DNA of 63,885 nt, counting the filler. It is 6 parts of 6 records of this genome, joined end to end, with 100 filler letters (N's around TTAATTAATTAA, not from the genome) between each part and the next. Parts side by side here need not be neighbours in the genome. Positions count along the whole stretch, not along the records: positions 42,364 to 50,478 come from DRR723986_10271; positions 50,579 to 57,622 come from DRR723986_10272; 4 more parts are not named here. One strand, written 5' to 3'. Under the pieces are notes generated by a model, which was given only the letters and a program-made list of their open reading frames with translations, was not told where the DNA came from and ran no database searches. Within the stretch, counting starts at the first letter, position 1. Each line of letters opens with the position of its first letter. Below are positions 47,357-57,722 of the stretch, in pieces. Position numbers and translations under genes: made by a program.

Positions 47357-48877
47357 GTGAAGCCTTTGTCTCTGCCACTAACTGTCCCGGGAACGGTGCT
47401 GCGTAGCCTGCTGCTAGTGCTATTACTGGGTGCCGGACCTGCGCTCGGAGATACGGCAACAAGTGGCACGCTGAAGCCGGACCTGCGTCTGCTGATCGAT
47501 ATTTCCGGCAGCATGAAGCAGTCTGATCCCGATAACCTGCGAGCGCCGGCCCTGGAGTTGATCGTGCGCCTGCTCCCCGACGGGGCCCGCGCAGGGGTTT
47601 GGATTTTCGGCGAGGACGTTGAGCCGCTGGTACCCCATGGTGAGGTGGATGCCGCCTGGCGTGAACAGGCTGCGGCAGCAGTCGCGGAGATCGACAACTC
47701 GGGTTTGCGGACCAATATTCCCGCGGCCCTGGCGGCGGCCACCTATGATCTGGGTAGCATGGATCCGCGCTACCGCACCAGCGTGGTGCTGCTGACCGAT
47801 GGCAAAGTCGACGTTGCAGAGTCACCGATGGCCAATGCCGGTGCCGCACGTAAACTGCTCGTAAACACCGCGCCCGAGCTGGGCGCAACCGGTATCCCGG
47901 TACACACCATCGCACTCTCTGCAGAGGCGGACTGGGGCTTCCTGCGGTCGCTGGCACAGGCAACCCGCGGTATCGCCGAACAGGCGGGATCCGCCGATCA
48001 GCTGACAGCTATTTTCCTGCAGTCCCTGGAAATGGTGGCGCCCACGGCGCAGGTGCCGATCTCGGGCAGCAAGTTTCTCATCGACGACTCGGTCAGGGAG
48101 TTCACGGCGCTCGTGTTTTACGGTGCCGAACCGGCAAAGGTGCGTCTGGTGGGACCTTCCGGGCAGCGCCTGCGACCAGCTGACACAGTGCCCGGCGTGA
48201 GCTGGTTCAGTAATCGAAAGTTCGCGCTGGCGACCGTGGTCGATCCCGAGGCCGGCAGTTGGCAGCTGGAGGCTCCCGATGGCGCACGTACGCGGGTGAC
48301 AGTGCTGTCCAATCTCGAACTCGAGGTCGACCCGCTTCCCAACAGTCTTCCCGGCGACAGGGCGTCTGAGCTTGGCATACGCCTGCGCCAGCGCGGAGAG
48401 GTGATCACCAGCCCTGAACTGTTGCGGGTATTCCAGCTGATGGTGAACATCCGCGCCCCCGGCGGCGACAGGACACGGATCGATGTCAGTAACACCTACC
48501 CGGTACCGGAAACCGGCGAGTACCGGGTGGCGATTCCGCCACTGGAGGGCGCCGGCCGTTACACGGTGACGGTCACCGTCGATACCGGCACCTTGCAACG
48601 GGAACTGCCGATGTATGTCGAGGTGAGTGCACCGCCCAGCGGGGAGGTAATTTCCACCCGGGCGCTGGATGTGCCGATGGCAGACCTGAGGGTTCCCGCG
48701 ATCACCCTGGGTGTGCTGGTCCTGGTAGCGCTTGCCATTCTGTTCGGGATCCTGCGCAGGCGCCGCCGGCGTAAACTTGAGCTTTGGCAACGCCGCTTTC
48801 GTCAGGACGGTGAGGCCGCCCCTTCGCTGGCTGGCGGGATCAGCGCAGAGCCGCGCCCGCCCGGTGACGCGCCTTGA
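47357..48877 (+). CDS. Exported VWA-domain protein with C-terminal membrane anchor (TIGR03503-like)
   Basis: Signal peptide, MIDAS DISGSM, LLTDG, beta-rich domains, TM followed by RRRRRRK. Confidence 0.75.
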   Translation: MKPLSLPLTVPGTVLRSLLLVLLLGAGPALGDTATSGTLKPDLRLLIDISGSMKQSDPDNLRAPALELIVRLLPDGARAGVWIFGEDVEPLVPHGEVDAAWREQAAAAVAEIDNSGLRTNIPAALAAATYDLGSMDPRYRTSVVLLTDGKVDVAESPMANAGAARKLLVNTAPELGATGIPVHTIALSAEADWGFLRSLAQATRGIAEQAGSADQLTAIFLQSLEMVAPTAQVPISGSKFLIDDSVREFTALVFYGAEPAKVRLVGPSGQRLRPADTVPGVSWFSNRKFALATVVDPEAGSWQLEAPDGARTRVTVLSNLELEVDPLPNSLPGDRASELGIRLRQRGEVITSPELLRVFQLMVNIRAPGGDRTRIDVSNTYPVPETGEYRVAIPPLEGAGRYTVTVTVDTGTLQRELPMYVEVSAPPSGEVISTRALDVPMADLRVPAITLGVLVLVALAILFGILRRRRRRKLELWQRRFRQDGEAAPSLAGGISAEPRPPGDAP

Positions 48878-48940
48878 TTCAGCCCCCGCCAGTCGCTACC
48901 CTTGTCCGCTTTCGCAAATCCAACAGGTAAACATCCGAGC

Positions 48941-49786
48941 ATGAAATTTCAGGGAACCGAACGATACGTCGCCACCGATGATCTGCGTATGGCGGTAAAT
49001 GCCGCCGTCACACTGGAACGCCCATTACTGATCAAGGGGGAGCCGGGCACCGGCAAGACCATGCTGGCGGAGGAAGTTGCGCTTGGCCTGGGCAAACGCC
49101 TGATCCAGTGGCACATCAAGAGCACTACCAAGGCCCAGCAGGGCCTGTATGAATACGATGCGGTTTCCCGCCTGCGAGATTCGCAGCTTGGCGATGAGAA
49201 GGTGCATGATATTGCCAACTACATAAAGAAAGGAAAGCTGTGGGAAGCCTTCGAAGCGGAGGAGCAGGTGGTACTGCTCATCGACGAGGTGGACAAAGCG
49301 GACATCGAGTTTCCCAACGACCTGCTGGTCGAACTGGATCGCATGGAGTTCTTTGTTTACGAAACCGGTGAGACCATCAAGGCCAGGCAGCGCCCGATCA
49401 TTATCATCACCAGCAACAACGAGAAGGAATTGCCGGACGCCTTCCTGCGGCGCTGTTTCTTCCACTTCATTAACTTCCCCGACCGCGACACCATGCGGGA
49501 GATCATCGACGTTCACCATCCAAACATCACCCAGGAGTTGGTGCAGGAAGCACTGGAAGTTTTCTTCGACGTCCGCGCGATCCCCGGGCTGAAGAAGAAG
49601 CCGTCCACTTCCGAACTCATCGACTGGCTCAAGCTGCTGATGGCGGACGATATGCCCGATGAGATTCTCAAGGACCGGGATCCCACCAAGGCCATCCCGC
49701 CACTGTATGGCGCGCTGCTGAAGAACGAGCAGGATGTGCACCTGCTTGAGCGCCTCGCCTTTATGCACCGTCGCGAGAGCCGGTAA
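48941..49786 (+). CDS. MoxR family AAA+ ATPase
   Basis: GEPGTGKT, LLIDEVDKAD, TSNNEKELPDAFLRRC. Confidence 0.93.
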   Translation: MKFQGTERYVATDDLRMAVNAAVTLERPLLIKGEPGTGKTMLAEEVALGLGKRLIQWHIKSTTKAQQGLYEYDAVSRLRDSQLGDEKVHDIANYIKKGKLWEAFEAEEQVVLLIDEVDKADIEFPNDLLVELDRMEFFVYETGETIKARQRPIIIITSNNEKELPDAFLRRCFFHFINFPDRDTMREIIDVHHPNITQELVQEALEVFFDVRAIPGLKKKPSTSELIDWLKLLMADDMPDEILKDRDPTKAIPPLYGALLKNEQDVHLLERLAFMHRRESR

Positions 49787-49791
49787 TCGCT

Positions 49792-50478
49792 GTGCTGGTC
49801 AACTTTTTCCACGGACTGCGCGATGCGGGTGTCCCGGTTACTACCCGGGAGCTGCTCGACCTGATGGAGGGGCTGAAGAAGCACCTGGCATTTGGCAGCA
49901 TCGACGAGTTTTACTATTTCAGTCGCACCTGCATGGTGAAGGACGAGAAATACTTCGACCGTTTCGATCGGGCGTTCGGACTGCATTTCAAGGAACTCGA
50001 GCAACTCGACGATATCATTGAAGCGCTGATTCCCGATGACTGGTTGCGCAGTGAGTTCATGAAGAACCTGTCGGAGGAAGACAAGGCGAAGATCGAATCA
50101 CTCGGTGGGCTGGAGAAGCTCATCGAGGAATTCAAGAAACGCCTGGAAGAGCAGAAGAAGCGGCATGAAGGCGGCAACAAGTGGATTGGGACCGGCGGTA
50201 CCTCGCCGTTCGGCCAGGACGGTTACCACCCCGAGGGCATTCGCGTCGGGCCCAATGGCAAGAACAAGCGCGCGGTGAAAGTCTGGGACCGGCGCGACTT
50301 CAAGAACCTCGATGACAGTGTCGAACTGGGCACCCGTAACATCAAGGTAGCCCTGCGGCGGCTGCGTAAGTTCGCCCGCACCGGGGCGGCCGATGAACTG
50401 GACCTGGACGATACCATCAGCTCAACCGCCCGCAATGCCGGCCTGCTGGATATCAAGATGGTGCCGGAGCGGCACAAT
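49792..50478 (+). CDS. VWA/CoxE-like partner of MoxR (3' truncated)
   Basis: FDRFDRAF, KWIGTGGTSPFG, LGTRNIKVALRRLR; directly follows MoxR. Confidence 0.85.
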
Positions 50479-50578
50479 NNNNNNNNNNNNNNNNNNNNNN
50501 NNNNNNNNNNNNNNNNNNNNNNTTAATTAATTAANNNNNNNNNNNNNNNNNNNNNNNNNNNNNNNNNNNNNNNNNNNN
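50479..50578. other. Artificial contig spacer
   Basis: N-run with TTAATTAATTAA. Confidence 0.99.
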
Positions 50579-50628
50579 GCCCCCGCCCAGGGGGGCGGTC
50601 GGGGGCTGCCCGGCCCAGAGCCGGGCGG
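50579..50628. repeat. GC-rich double-hairpin, REP-like element at contig end
   Basis: CCGCCC-AGGG-GGGCGG and GCCCGGC-CCAGA-GCCGGGC hairpins just downstream of the ABC operon. Confidence 0.45.
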
Positions 50629-50644
50629 AACACCGCCAACTGCC

Positions 50645-51589
50645 TCACCGTTCGCCCTTGTTGAACGGCACCATCAGAGCGGCGGGCACCTGCGCACGGC
50701 GCGACATGATCACCAGCGCCAGAATGGACAGGATATAGGGCGCCATCAGGAAGATCTGATAGGGAATATCCGCGCCCAGCGGAGTTTGCTGCACCCGGAT
50801 TTGCAACGCGTCAAAGGCGGCAAACAGCACCGCGCCCAGCAAGGTTTTGCCGGGCTTCCATGAGCCGAACACCACCAGCGCGATGCAGATCCAGCCGCGC
50901 CCGTTGACCATTTCAAAGAAGAAGGAGTTGAACGCGCTCATGGTCAGGAAGGCCCCGCCAACCGCCATCAGACCGCTGCCCACCATGACAGCGCCCATGC
51001 GGATGCCGGTCACGGACAGCCCCTGCGCCGCCACCGCCGCAGGGTTCTCACCTGCCGCGCGCACCGCCAGCCCAAGCGGCGTGCGGTAAAGCGTGACACT
51101 GACCACCACGGCCAGCACAAAGGCCAGATAGGTGAGCGGCGTTTGTGAAAACACGGCCTCTCCGATGAGTGGAATGTCGGACAGGAACGGCACTTCGTAG
51201 GGTTGGAAGGCCTCGATCTTGGGCGGCGAGGTGACGGACGGCAGTGCCAAGCGATAGCAATAGTAGGTCAGCGAGGTGGCCAGCAGCGTGATGCCAAGGC
51301 CGACCACGTGTTGGCTGAGGCCGAAGGGCACGGTCAGCGTCGCGTGCAGCAGACCAAAGGCCATGCCCGACAGCATCGCCACCGCGACCCCAAACCACAG
51401 CCCGCCACCCAGAAAGACGGTCAGCCATCCGGCAAATGCGCCCACGACCATGATGCCCTCGATCCCGAGGTTCAGGACGCCCGCACGTTCGCAAATCAGC
51501 TCTCCCAATGCGGCGAAGATCAGCGGCGATGCGATGCGGATGGCCGCGGTCCAGAAACTGGCAGAGATCAGAATGTCGAGAATATCCAT
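50645..51589 (-). CDS. Nucleoside/purine-type ABC transporter permease
   Basis: ERAGVLNLGIEG, GENPAA, GRGWICIALVVFG. Confidence 0.93.
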   Translation of the reverse strand: MDILDILISASFWTAAIRIASPLIFAALGELICERAGVLNLGIEGIMVVGAFAGWLTVFLGGGLWFGVAVAMLSGMAFGLLHATLTVPFGLSQHVVGLGITLLATSLTYYCYRLALPSVTSPPKIEAFQPYEVPFLSDIPLIGEAVFSQTPLTYLAFVLAVVVSVTLYRTPLGLAVRAAGENPAAVAAQGLSVTGIRMGAVMVGSGLMAVGGAFLTMSAFNSFFFEMVNGRGWICIALVVFGSWKPGKTLLGAVLFAAFDALQIRVQQTPLGADIPYQIFLMAPYILSILALVIMSRRAQVPAALMVPFNKGER

Positions 51590-52638
51590 CAGCTGCGCCT
51601 CACCCGGAATTTGGTCAGCATGATCGCCAACACCATCAACAACAGGGCAAAGGCCAGCATGATATCGGCCAGATAGGTTGGCACCCCTGCCGCGCGGCTC
51701 ATGCTGTCCGCGCCCACAAAGATGCCTGCCACAAACAGCGCCGCCACCACCACGCCCAGCGGATTGAGCAGGGCAAGCATCGCCACGATGATGCCGGTGT
51801 AGCCAAAGCCGGGGGAGATATCCAACGTCAGATTGCCCTTGAGGCCCGCAACCTCGGAAAAGCCTGCCAGCGCGGCAAGGCCACCAGAGAGCAGCGCGGT
51901 TTTGATCAGCACGGCGTTGACAGGAACACCGGCAAAGCGCGCGGCCTCGGCATTCAGGCCCACGGCCCGCATTTCATAGCCCAGCGTTGTGCGGCGCTGG
52001 ATCACCCAGACCACCAGCGCGGAGATCAGCGCAAGGCCAAAGCCCCAATGCAGGCGCAGCCCTTCGGTGATGCGCGGCAGGCGCGCCTCGGCAATCAGGC
52101 GGGCTGATTTGGGCCAGCCAAGGCCCATGGGATCTTTCAGCGCCCCTTCGAGCAGCATCGAAACCCAGAGCAGCACGACAAAATTGAGCAACAGGGTGGT
52201 CACGACCTCATCGACGCCAAAGCGGGTTTTCAGGAAGGTTGGCACCAGCAGGGCCACCGCCCCGGCCAGCATCGCGGCGATGGCGATTGTGGGCAGCAGG
52301 GCAAAGGCGGGCCACGAGAGCGCCCCGGTGCCCAGGACCACGGTCACCACCGCGCCCATATAAAGCTGCGCCTCGGCACCGATGTTCCACAGCTGTGCAC
52401 GAAAGGCGACGGCGACAGCCAAGCCGGTAAAGATCAGCGGTGTTGCGCGGTTGAGGGTTTCGAGCGCCGCAAATTTAGAGCCGAACGCGCCTTTGATGAT
52501 CAGGCCGAGCACCGAGAGCGGCTGTGCCCCCGCGATCATCGCCAGCAAAGACGCAATCACCACCGTGCAAAGAAGCGCCAGCGCAGGCAGGCCCAATTGC
52601 CGGGTCAGGGTCGGGTTGGCCACAGGTTCAAGCCGCAT
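51589..52638 (-). CDS. Nucleoside/purine-type ABC transporter permease
   Basis: WNIGAEAQ, EVVTTLLLN, GFGYTGIIVAML. Confidence 0.93.
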   Translation of the reverse strand: MRLEPVANPTLTRQLGLPALALLCTVVIASLLAMIAGAQPLSVLGLIIKGAFGSKFAALETLNRATPLIFTGLAVAVAFRAQLWNIGAEAQLYMGAVVTVVLGTGALSWPAFALLPTIAIAAMLAGAVALLVPTFLKTRFGVDEVVTTLLLNFVVLLWVSMLLEGALKDPMGLGWPKSARLIAEARLPRITEGLRLHWGFGLALISALVVWVIQRRTTLGYEMRAVGLNAEAARFAGVPVNAVLIKTALLSGGLAALAGFSEVAGLKGNLTLDISPGFGYTGIIVAMLALLNPLGVVVAALFVAGIFVGADSMSRAAGVPTYLADIMLAFALLLMVLAIMLTKFRVRRS

Positions 52639-54178
52639 GACTGCCCCCTTCCTCTTCAAATCCGTGTCCGGCCATCCAGACACCCAGTTCTGTTGTGCTG
52701 AGGGCGCCGCGTTCAAAACCGGGCGACAATCGCCCTTCGGAGATCACATGGATCACATCGGACAGCGCTGTAACCTCATCAAGATCTTCGGAGATCAGCA
52801 GCACCGCTGCGCCGCGATCACGGGCGGCCAGCAGTTGCTCATGCACGTAGGTCAGCGCCCCGATGTCCAGACCGCGCACCGGTTGGTTGGCCAGCACCAC
52901 TTCAGGCGCGGTTTCAAGCACACGGCCCAGGATCAGTTTTTGCATGTTGCCCCCCGACAGCAGCCGGATGCGGGTGTCGGGGCCGGGGCAGCGCACGTCG
53001 TAGCCTTCGATCACCGTTTTGGTGAAATCGCGGGCGGCCTGCCAATGCATCCAGCCTTTGGTGCTGAATGGCGGTTTTGTATAAAGCTCAAGCACCGCGT
53101 TTTCGGTCAGGTCAAAATCGGCGATGGTTCCGGTTTTGTGGCGGTCTTCGGGGATGCGCGCGATGCCCGCGGCAAGGGCTGCACGCGGGGTCCAGCTTTT
53201 GGGCGCGGCGTCATGGATGCGCAGACTGCCGGAGGCCGGGGCGATCAAGCCGCCGATCAGATCGGCCAGCGCCGCCTGCCCGTTGCCGGAGACACCCGCA
53301 AGGCCAATGATCTGTCCAGCGCGCAGGTTCAGGTTGACCGATTTCAGCCCCGGTGCGCTGCCGCGATCAGGGGTTGAAACATGATCCAGCGCGATCAGCA
53401 CCTCGCCGGGATTGGCGGCACGGACAGAGGGCGGCGCGACTTCTTCGCCCACCATCATCTGCGCCAGAATATGTTTGTCTGTGTCGGCGGTGCGGGCCTC
53501 GGCCACCAACCTGCCATGGCGCAGCACCACAACCCGGTTCGAGATGGCCGTGACCTCATGTAATTTATGCGAGATGAAAATCACCGAAAGGCCCAGCGCC
53601 ACGGCCTTGCGCATGGTGGCAAAAAGATCGTCGGTTTCCTGCGGGGTCAGCACGGCGGTGGGTTCATCCAGAATCAGAATGCGGGCATCGCGGTAGAGCG
53701 CCTTGAGGATTTCAACGCGCTGGCGTTCGCCCACGGTCAGGCTGCCCACCTGCGCATCGGGATCGACCTGCAAGCCATAGTCCTGCACCAGCGTCAGAAT
53801 GCGACGCCGCGCCGCCGCTTTACCAAAGCCGAGCTTCCACAGGGGCGATGTGCCAAGCACGATGTTTTCCAGCACGGTCATGTTGTCGGCCAGGGTAAAA
53901 TGCTGATGCACCATGCCGACCCCCGCCGCCAATGCGGCACGGGGATTGCCGGGCGGCAAGGCCTGACCAAAGACCTCAACGCGGCCCTCATCGGCGGTGT
54001 AATGGCCAAAGAGGATGTTCATCAGCGTTGTCTTGCCCGCGCCATTTTCGCCAAGCAAAGCAATGACTTCGCCCTGAGCGAGATCAAAGCTGATGGCGTC
54101 ATTGGCGGTCAGGCTGCCAAATCTTTTGGTGATATTGTCGAGGCGCAGGACAACCTGCGCCTCTTTATGCTGTGCCAT
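52628..54178 (-). CDS. ABC transporter ATP-binding protein (two-domain CUT2 type)
   Basis: GENGAGKTT, VHQHF, DEPTAVL, LSGGNMQK. Confidence 0.95.
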   Translation of the reverse strand: MAQHKEAQVVLRLDNITKRFGSLTANDAISFDLAQGEVIALLGENGAGKTTLMNILFGHYTADEGRVEVFGQALPPGNPRAALAAGVGMVHQHFTLADNMTVLENIVLGTSPLWKLGFGKAAARRRILTLVQDYGLQVDPDAQVGSLTVGERQRVEILKALYRDARILILDEPTAVLTPQETDDLFATMRKAVALGLSVIFISHKLHEVTAISNRVVVLRHGRLVAEARTADTDKHILAQMMVGEEVAPPSVRAANPGEVLIALDHVSTPDRGSAPGLKSVNLNLRAGQIIGLAGVSGNGQAALADLIGGLIAPASGSLRIHDAAPKSWTPRAALAAGIARIPEDRHKTGTIADFDLTENAVLELYTKPPFSTKGWMHWQAARDFTKTVIEGYDVRCPGPDTRIRLLSGGNMQKLILGRVLETAPEVVLANQPVRGLDIGALTYVHEQLLAARDRGAAVLLISEDLDEVTALSDVIHVISEGRLSPGFERGALSTTELGVWMAGHGFEEEGGSHAA

Positions 54179-55198
54179 TTAAGAGGACTTCGGTTCTTCG
54201 TCGTTGATCGTGACACTGAAGGAGCCGTCTTTGATCGCGGCCTCTTTTTCCATGACCAGTTTCATTGCCGCTTCGGGGACTTTGCCCTCGAAGGTGCCGA
54301 GTGGCGCAAGCGATGACCCACCTTCGGCCATGAAGGAATATTTGCCATAGTCATCGGCGGTGAAATTGCCGGCCTTTACCGCAGCAATCGCCGCGTCCAA
54401 CGTCGGTTCAAAATGCCAGATTGCGGAGGCGACGACGGTATCGGGATAATCGGCTTGGGTGTCGATCACATTGCCGATGGCGAGCACACCTTTTTCCTGC
54501 GCCGCGTCCGACACGCCAAAGCGTTCGGCATAGAGCAGATCCGCGCCATTTTCGATCATCGCAAAAGCGGTCTCTTTGGCCTTGGGCGGATCGAACCAAG
54601 AGCCGATAAAGCTGACCTGGAACTTGATGTCGGGGTTCATTTCTGCCGCGCCTGCCATGAAGGCATGCATCAGGCGGTTCACCTCGGGGATTGGAAAGCC
54701 GCCGACCATGCCGATGTTGCCAGATTTGGTCATCGCACCGGCGATGATGCCGGACAGATAGGCGGCGTCCTGAATGTAGTTGTCAAACACGGAAAAATTC
54801 GGCAGCGCCGCGTCCTGCTTGAAGCTGGAGCCCATGAGGAAGGCCACGTTTGGATAGTCTGCCGCCACTTCGCGGGCTTCCTGTTCGGCGCCAAAGACCT
54901 CGCCGATGATCAGGGTGTTGCCGCTTTCGGCATATTCGCGCATCACGCGGGCATAATCGGTGTTGGAGACGTTTTCGGTAAAGGTGTATTCAATGTCGCC
55001 GCGGGCCTGCGCGGTTTCGGCGGCTTTGTGGATGCGGCTGACCCATTGTTGTTCGACAGGTACGGTGTAAATGCCCGCAACCTTGATCTTGTCCGCAGCA
55101 AAGGCGGCCTTGGGCGCAAAGGCAGCGGCCCCCAGCAGAACCGCGGCACTGCCGAGCAATCTGCGGCGTGTGATACTATTGGTTTGTGGCTTATTCAT
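54179..55198 (-). CDS. BMP family ABC substrate-binding protein (Tat-like signal)
   Basis: TRRRLL twin-arginine-like signal; YLSGIIAGAMTKSG, IGSWFDP. Confidence 0.92.
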   Translation of the reverse strand: MNKPQTNSITRRRLLGSAAVLLGAAAFAPKAAFAADKIKVAGIYTVPVEQQWVSRIHKAAETAQARGDIEYTFTENVSNTDYARVMREYAESGNTLIIGEVFGAEQEAREVAADYPNVAFLMGSSFKQDAALPNFSVFDNYIQDAAYLSGIIAGAMTKSGNIGMVGGFPIPEVNRLMHAFMAGAAEMNPDIKFQVSFIGSWFDPPKAKETAFAMIENGADLLYAERFGVSDAAQEKGVLAIGNVIDTQADYPDTVVASAIWHFEPTLDAAIAAVKAGNFTADDYGKYSFMAEGGSSLAPLGTFEGKVPEAAMKLVMEKEAAIKDGSFSVTINDEEPKSS

Positions 55199-55229
55199 TG
55201 GTTATCCCCCAGTTGGACGTCTGATATTT

Positions 55230-55245
55230 TTTACCGTTTGGTTAA
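55230..55245. promoter_or_regulatory. RutR-like palindromic operator
   Basis: TTTACC-GTTT-GGTTAA, 31 bp upstream of the BMP start. Confidence 0.5.
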
Positions 55246-55426
55246 AATCGCCTTGAGTCAAGCTTTCTGTGTCGGGCTTTGGCAAGCTTAGGCCTTGAAT
55301 TTGTAACTGCCAAAGACTTGTGCGGGCAAGATGCGGGTGAGGCGAAATCTTGGGCAGGTTGGAAAAGGTTCGGCCTTTCCAAAGGGCTGGCGTTTGATGC
55401 TGCGGCGCGGCGGAGGCGGGCGTTTC

Positions 55427-56113
55427 TCACGCCAGCCGGTCCTCCCAAAGTTTCATCACAGGACGGGCTTTTTCAAACTCGGATCGCACCGCTTTGACCA
55501 ATCCGCCCTCGGCCTGCCGCCATGTGTCATCCATCGGGCCGCTGAGGATCAGGTTTTTACGTTTGAGCAGATCGGCATGGGGATGATCCTCGGCATAGGG
55601 TTTTGGCACTTTTTTGAGCGGCGGCGCACCCCATGAGGAAAACTGCAGGCCGGTGGCATCTATCAGGTCGGCCAATTCATCCCCGTCACGGTCCACAAAG
55701 GCGCGGAACCGTGTGAGTGTTTCCCCTTTGAACCCGCCGATGCCAAAGCCGATGGTCATGTCGCCGGGTTCGGAGCCAAAGAAAAAGAATGGCGCAAAAG
55801 GATCATCCCCGGCCTGCGACCACATCATGTGCAGATGGGCATTGAGCGGGGTCTTGTCTTTGGAGAACCGCACGTCGCGGTAGATGCGAAACAGCTTGGG
55901 CTTGAAAGGCTTGCCCGAGATCCGGCTGAAATCCTCGGCCAGCAGATCGGCAAAGAACTCTGCCGGTTTCTTGATCGCGGTGTTGTAGTGATCCTTGCGG
56001 GGGTTGAACCAGTCTTTGGTATTGTTCTGGCGCAGCTCGGCAAAGAAGGCGTTGCTGTCGTCGATCATCCGGGTAAAGCCGTCGGGCGGCGTGGATGGGT
56101 CCGCTTGTGTCAT
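55427..56113 (-). CDS. DUF2461 / TIGR02453 family protein
   Basis: FFAELRQNNTKDWF, FRIYRDVRFSKDKTP, LKKVPKPY. Confidence 0.9.
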   Translation of the reverse strand: MTQADPSTPPDGFTRMIDDSNAFFAELRQNNTKDWFNPRKDHYNTAIKKPAEFFADLLAEDFSRISGKPFKPKLFRIYRDVRFSKDKTPLNAHLHMMWSQAGDDPFAPFFFFGSEPGDMTIGFGIGGFKGETLTRFRAFVDRDGDELADLIDATGLQFSSWGAPPLKKVPKPYAEDHPHADLLKRKNLILSGPMDDTWRQAEGGLVKAVRSEFEKARPVMKLWEDRLA

Positions 56114-56182
56114 GTGATCCCTCTGAACAATCAGTGATGCCGCCAGTATAGGGCCGCAGGCGCGGTTGAATACAGCGAAGTG

Positions 56183-57622
56183 CTACCCTGCGGCGGCGCG
56201 GATCATGTCGGCGGCCTTTTCGGCGATCATAACCACGGGCGATGCGGTATTGCCTGACACGATGCGCGGCATCACCGAGGCGTCGATGACCCGCAGCCCG
56301 TTGAGCCCATGCACCCGCAGGTCGGTGCCGACCACGGCGTTTTCGTCCGCACCCATCTTGCAGGTGCCGACCGGGTGAAAAATCGTGGTGGCGATATTGC
56401 CCGCCTGTTCGACCAGCGCAGCATCGCTTTGATGATCGGGGCCGGGAAGGATTTCTTGCGGGCTGTAGGGTTTCAGCGCGGCGGCGGTCATGATCTTGCG
56501 GGCCTGTTTGATCGAGGCCACAGCAACCTGCTTGTCACGCGGGGCCGAGAGGTAGTTGAGCTTGATATGCGGTTGCTGGGCGCTGTCCGTTGAGCTCGCG
56601 TGACAACTGCCGATGCTGTCAGGGCGCAGGTTGCAGACCGAGACCGTGATCGCCGGAAACGGATGCAGTGGATCGCCAAGGCGGTCGGTCGACAAGGGCT
56701 GGACGTGGTATTCCAGATCCGGCGTTTCCAGCGCGGGGTCGGATTTGGTGAACATGCCAAACTGGCTGGGTGCCATGGACAGCGGGCCGCTTTGCGTGGT
56801 GAGATATTGCAAGCCAAGCCGGGCCTTGCCCAACAGGGAATTGGCCATTGTGTTCAATGTCTTGGCATTGCTGACCTTGTAAACGGTGCGGATTTGCAAA
56901 TGGTCTTGCAAGTTCTCGCCCACCCCTTGCAGGTCATGTTTGGGCGTCAGGCCCAGCCCCGCGATATGATCGGGTTGGCCAATGCCGGAATGCTCCAGAA
57001 TCTTGGGTGAGTTGATCGCCCCTGCCGCCAGCAGCACCTCGGCGGTGCAATGGGCCTCAAAGCTTTGGCCGCGCCGGTTGTACCGCACCCCTTTGACGGT
57101 TTTGCCTTCAAGAATCAGGGTTTCGGTATGGGCATGGGTCAGCACCCGCAGGTTGGGCCGTTTCATCGCAGGGCGCAGGAAGCCTGTTGCCGTGCTCCAC
57201 CGGACGCCCGCCTTTTGGTTGACCTCGAAAAAGCCCGACCCCTCGTTATTGCCATCATTGAAATCGGCACGGGGGTGAATACCAAATTCTTTGGCGCCCT
57301 CCTGCACCGCTTTGAGAATGTCCCAGCTGAGCCTCTGGGTCGTGACCTTCCACTCACCGCCCGCGCCGTGCATATCCGATGTGCCGGCGTGATGGTCCTC
57401 CGATTTCAGGAAATAGGGCAGCACGTCATCCCAGCCCCAGCCGGTGTTGCCCAGCTGCCGCCAACGGTCATAATCCGCCGCCTGCCCGCGCATGTAGATC
57501 ATACCATTGACCGAGGTGCAGCCGCCCAGAACCTTGCCGCGCGGATAGACCAGGGACCGCCCATTCAACCCCGGCTCCGCCGCGGTTTTCATCATCCAGT
57601 CGGTGCGCGGATTGCCGATGCA
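56183..57622 (-). CDS. GMC family oxidoreductase (choline dehydrogenase-like; 5' truncated)
   Basis: PRGKVLGGCTSVNGMIYMRG, GENLQDH, FHPVGTCKMG, SGNTASP. Confidence 0.93.
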   Translation of the reverse strand, partial: CIGNPRTDWMMKTAAEPGLNGRSLVYPRGKVLGGCTSVNGMIYMRGQAADYDRWRQLGNTGWGWDDVLPYFLKSEDHHAGTSDMHGAGGEWKVTTQRLSWDILKAVQEGAKEFGIHPRADFNDGNNEGSGFFEVNQKAGVRWSTATGFLRPAMKRPNLRVLTHAHTETLILEGKTVKGVRYNRRGQSFEAHCTAEVLLAAGAINSPKILEHSGIGQPDHIAGLGLTPKHDLQGVGENLQDHLQIRTVYKVSNAKTLNTMANSLLGKARLGLQYLTTQSGPLSMAPSQFGMFTKSDPALETPDLEYHVQPLSTDRLGDPLHPFPAITVSVCNLRPDSIGSCHASSTDSAQQPHIKLNYLSAPRDKQVAVASIKQARKIMTAAALKPYSPQEILPGPDHQSDAALVEQAGNIATTIFHPVGTCKMGADENAVVGTDLRVHGLNGLRVIDASVMPRIVSGNTASPVVMIAEKAADMIRAAAG

Positions 57623-57722
57623 NNNNNNNNNNNNNNNNNNNNNNNNNNNNNNNNNNNNNNNNNNNNTTAATTAATTAANNNNNNNNNNNNNNNNNNNNNN
57701 NNNNNNNNNNNNNNNNNNNNNN
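57623..57722. other. Artificial contig spacer
   Basis: N-run with TTAATTAATTAA. Confidence 0.99.
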
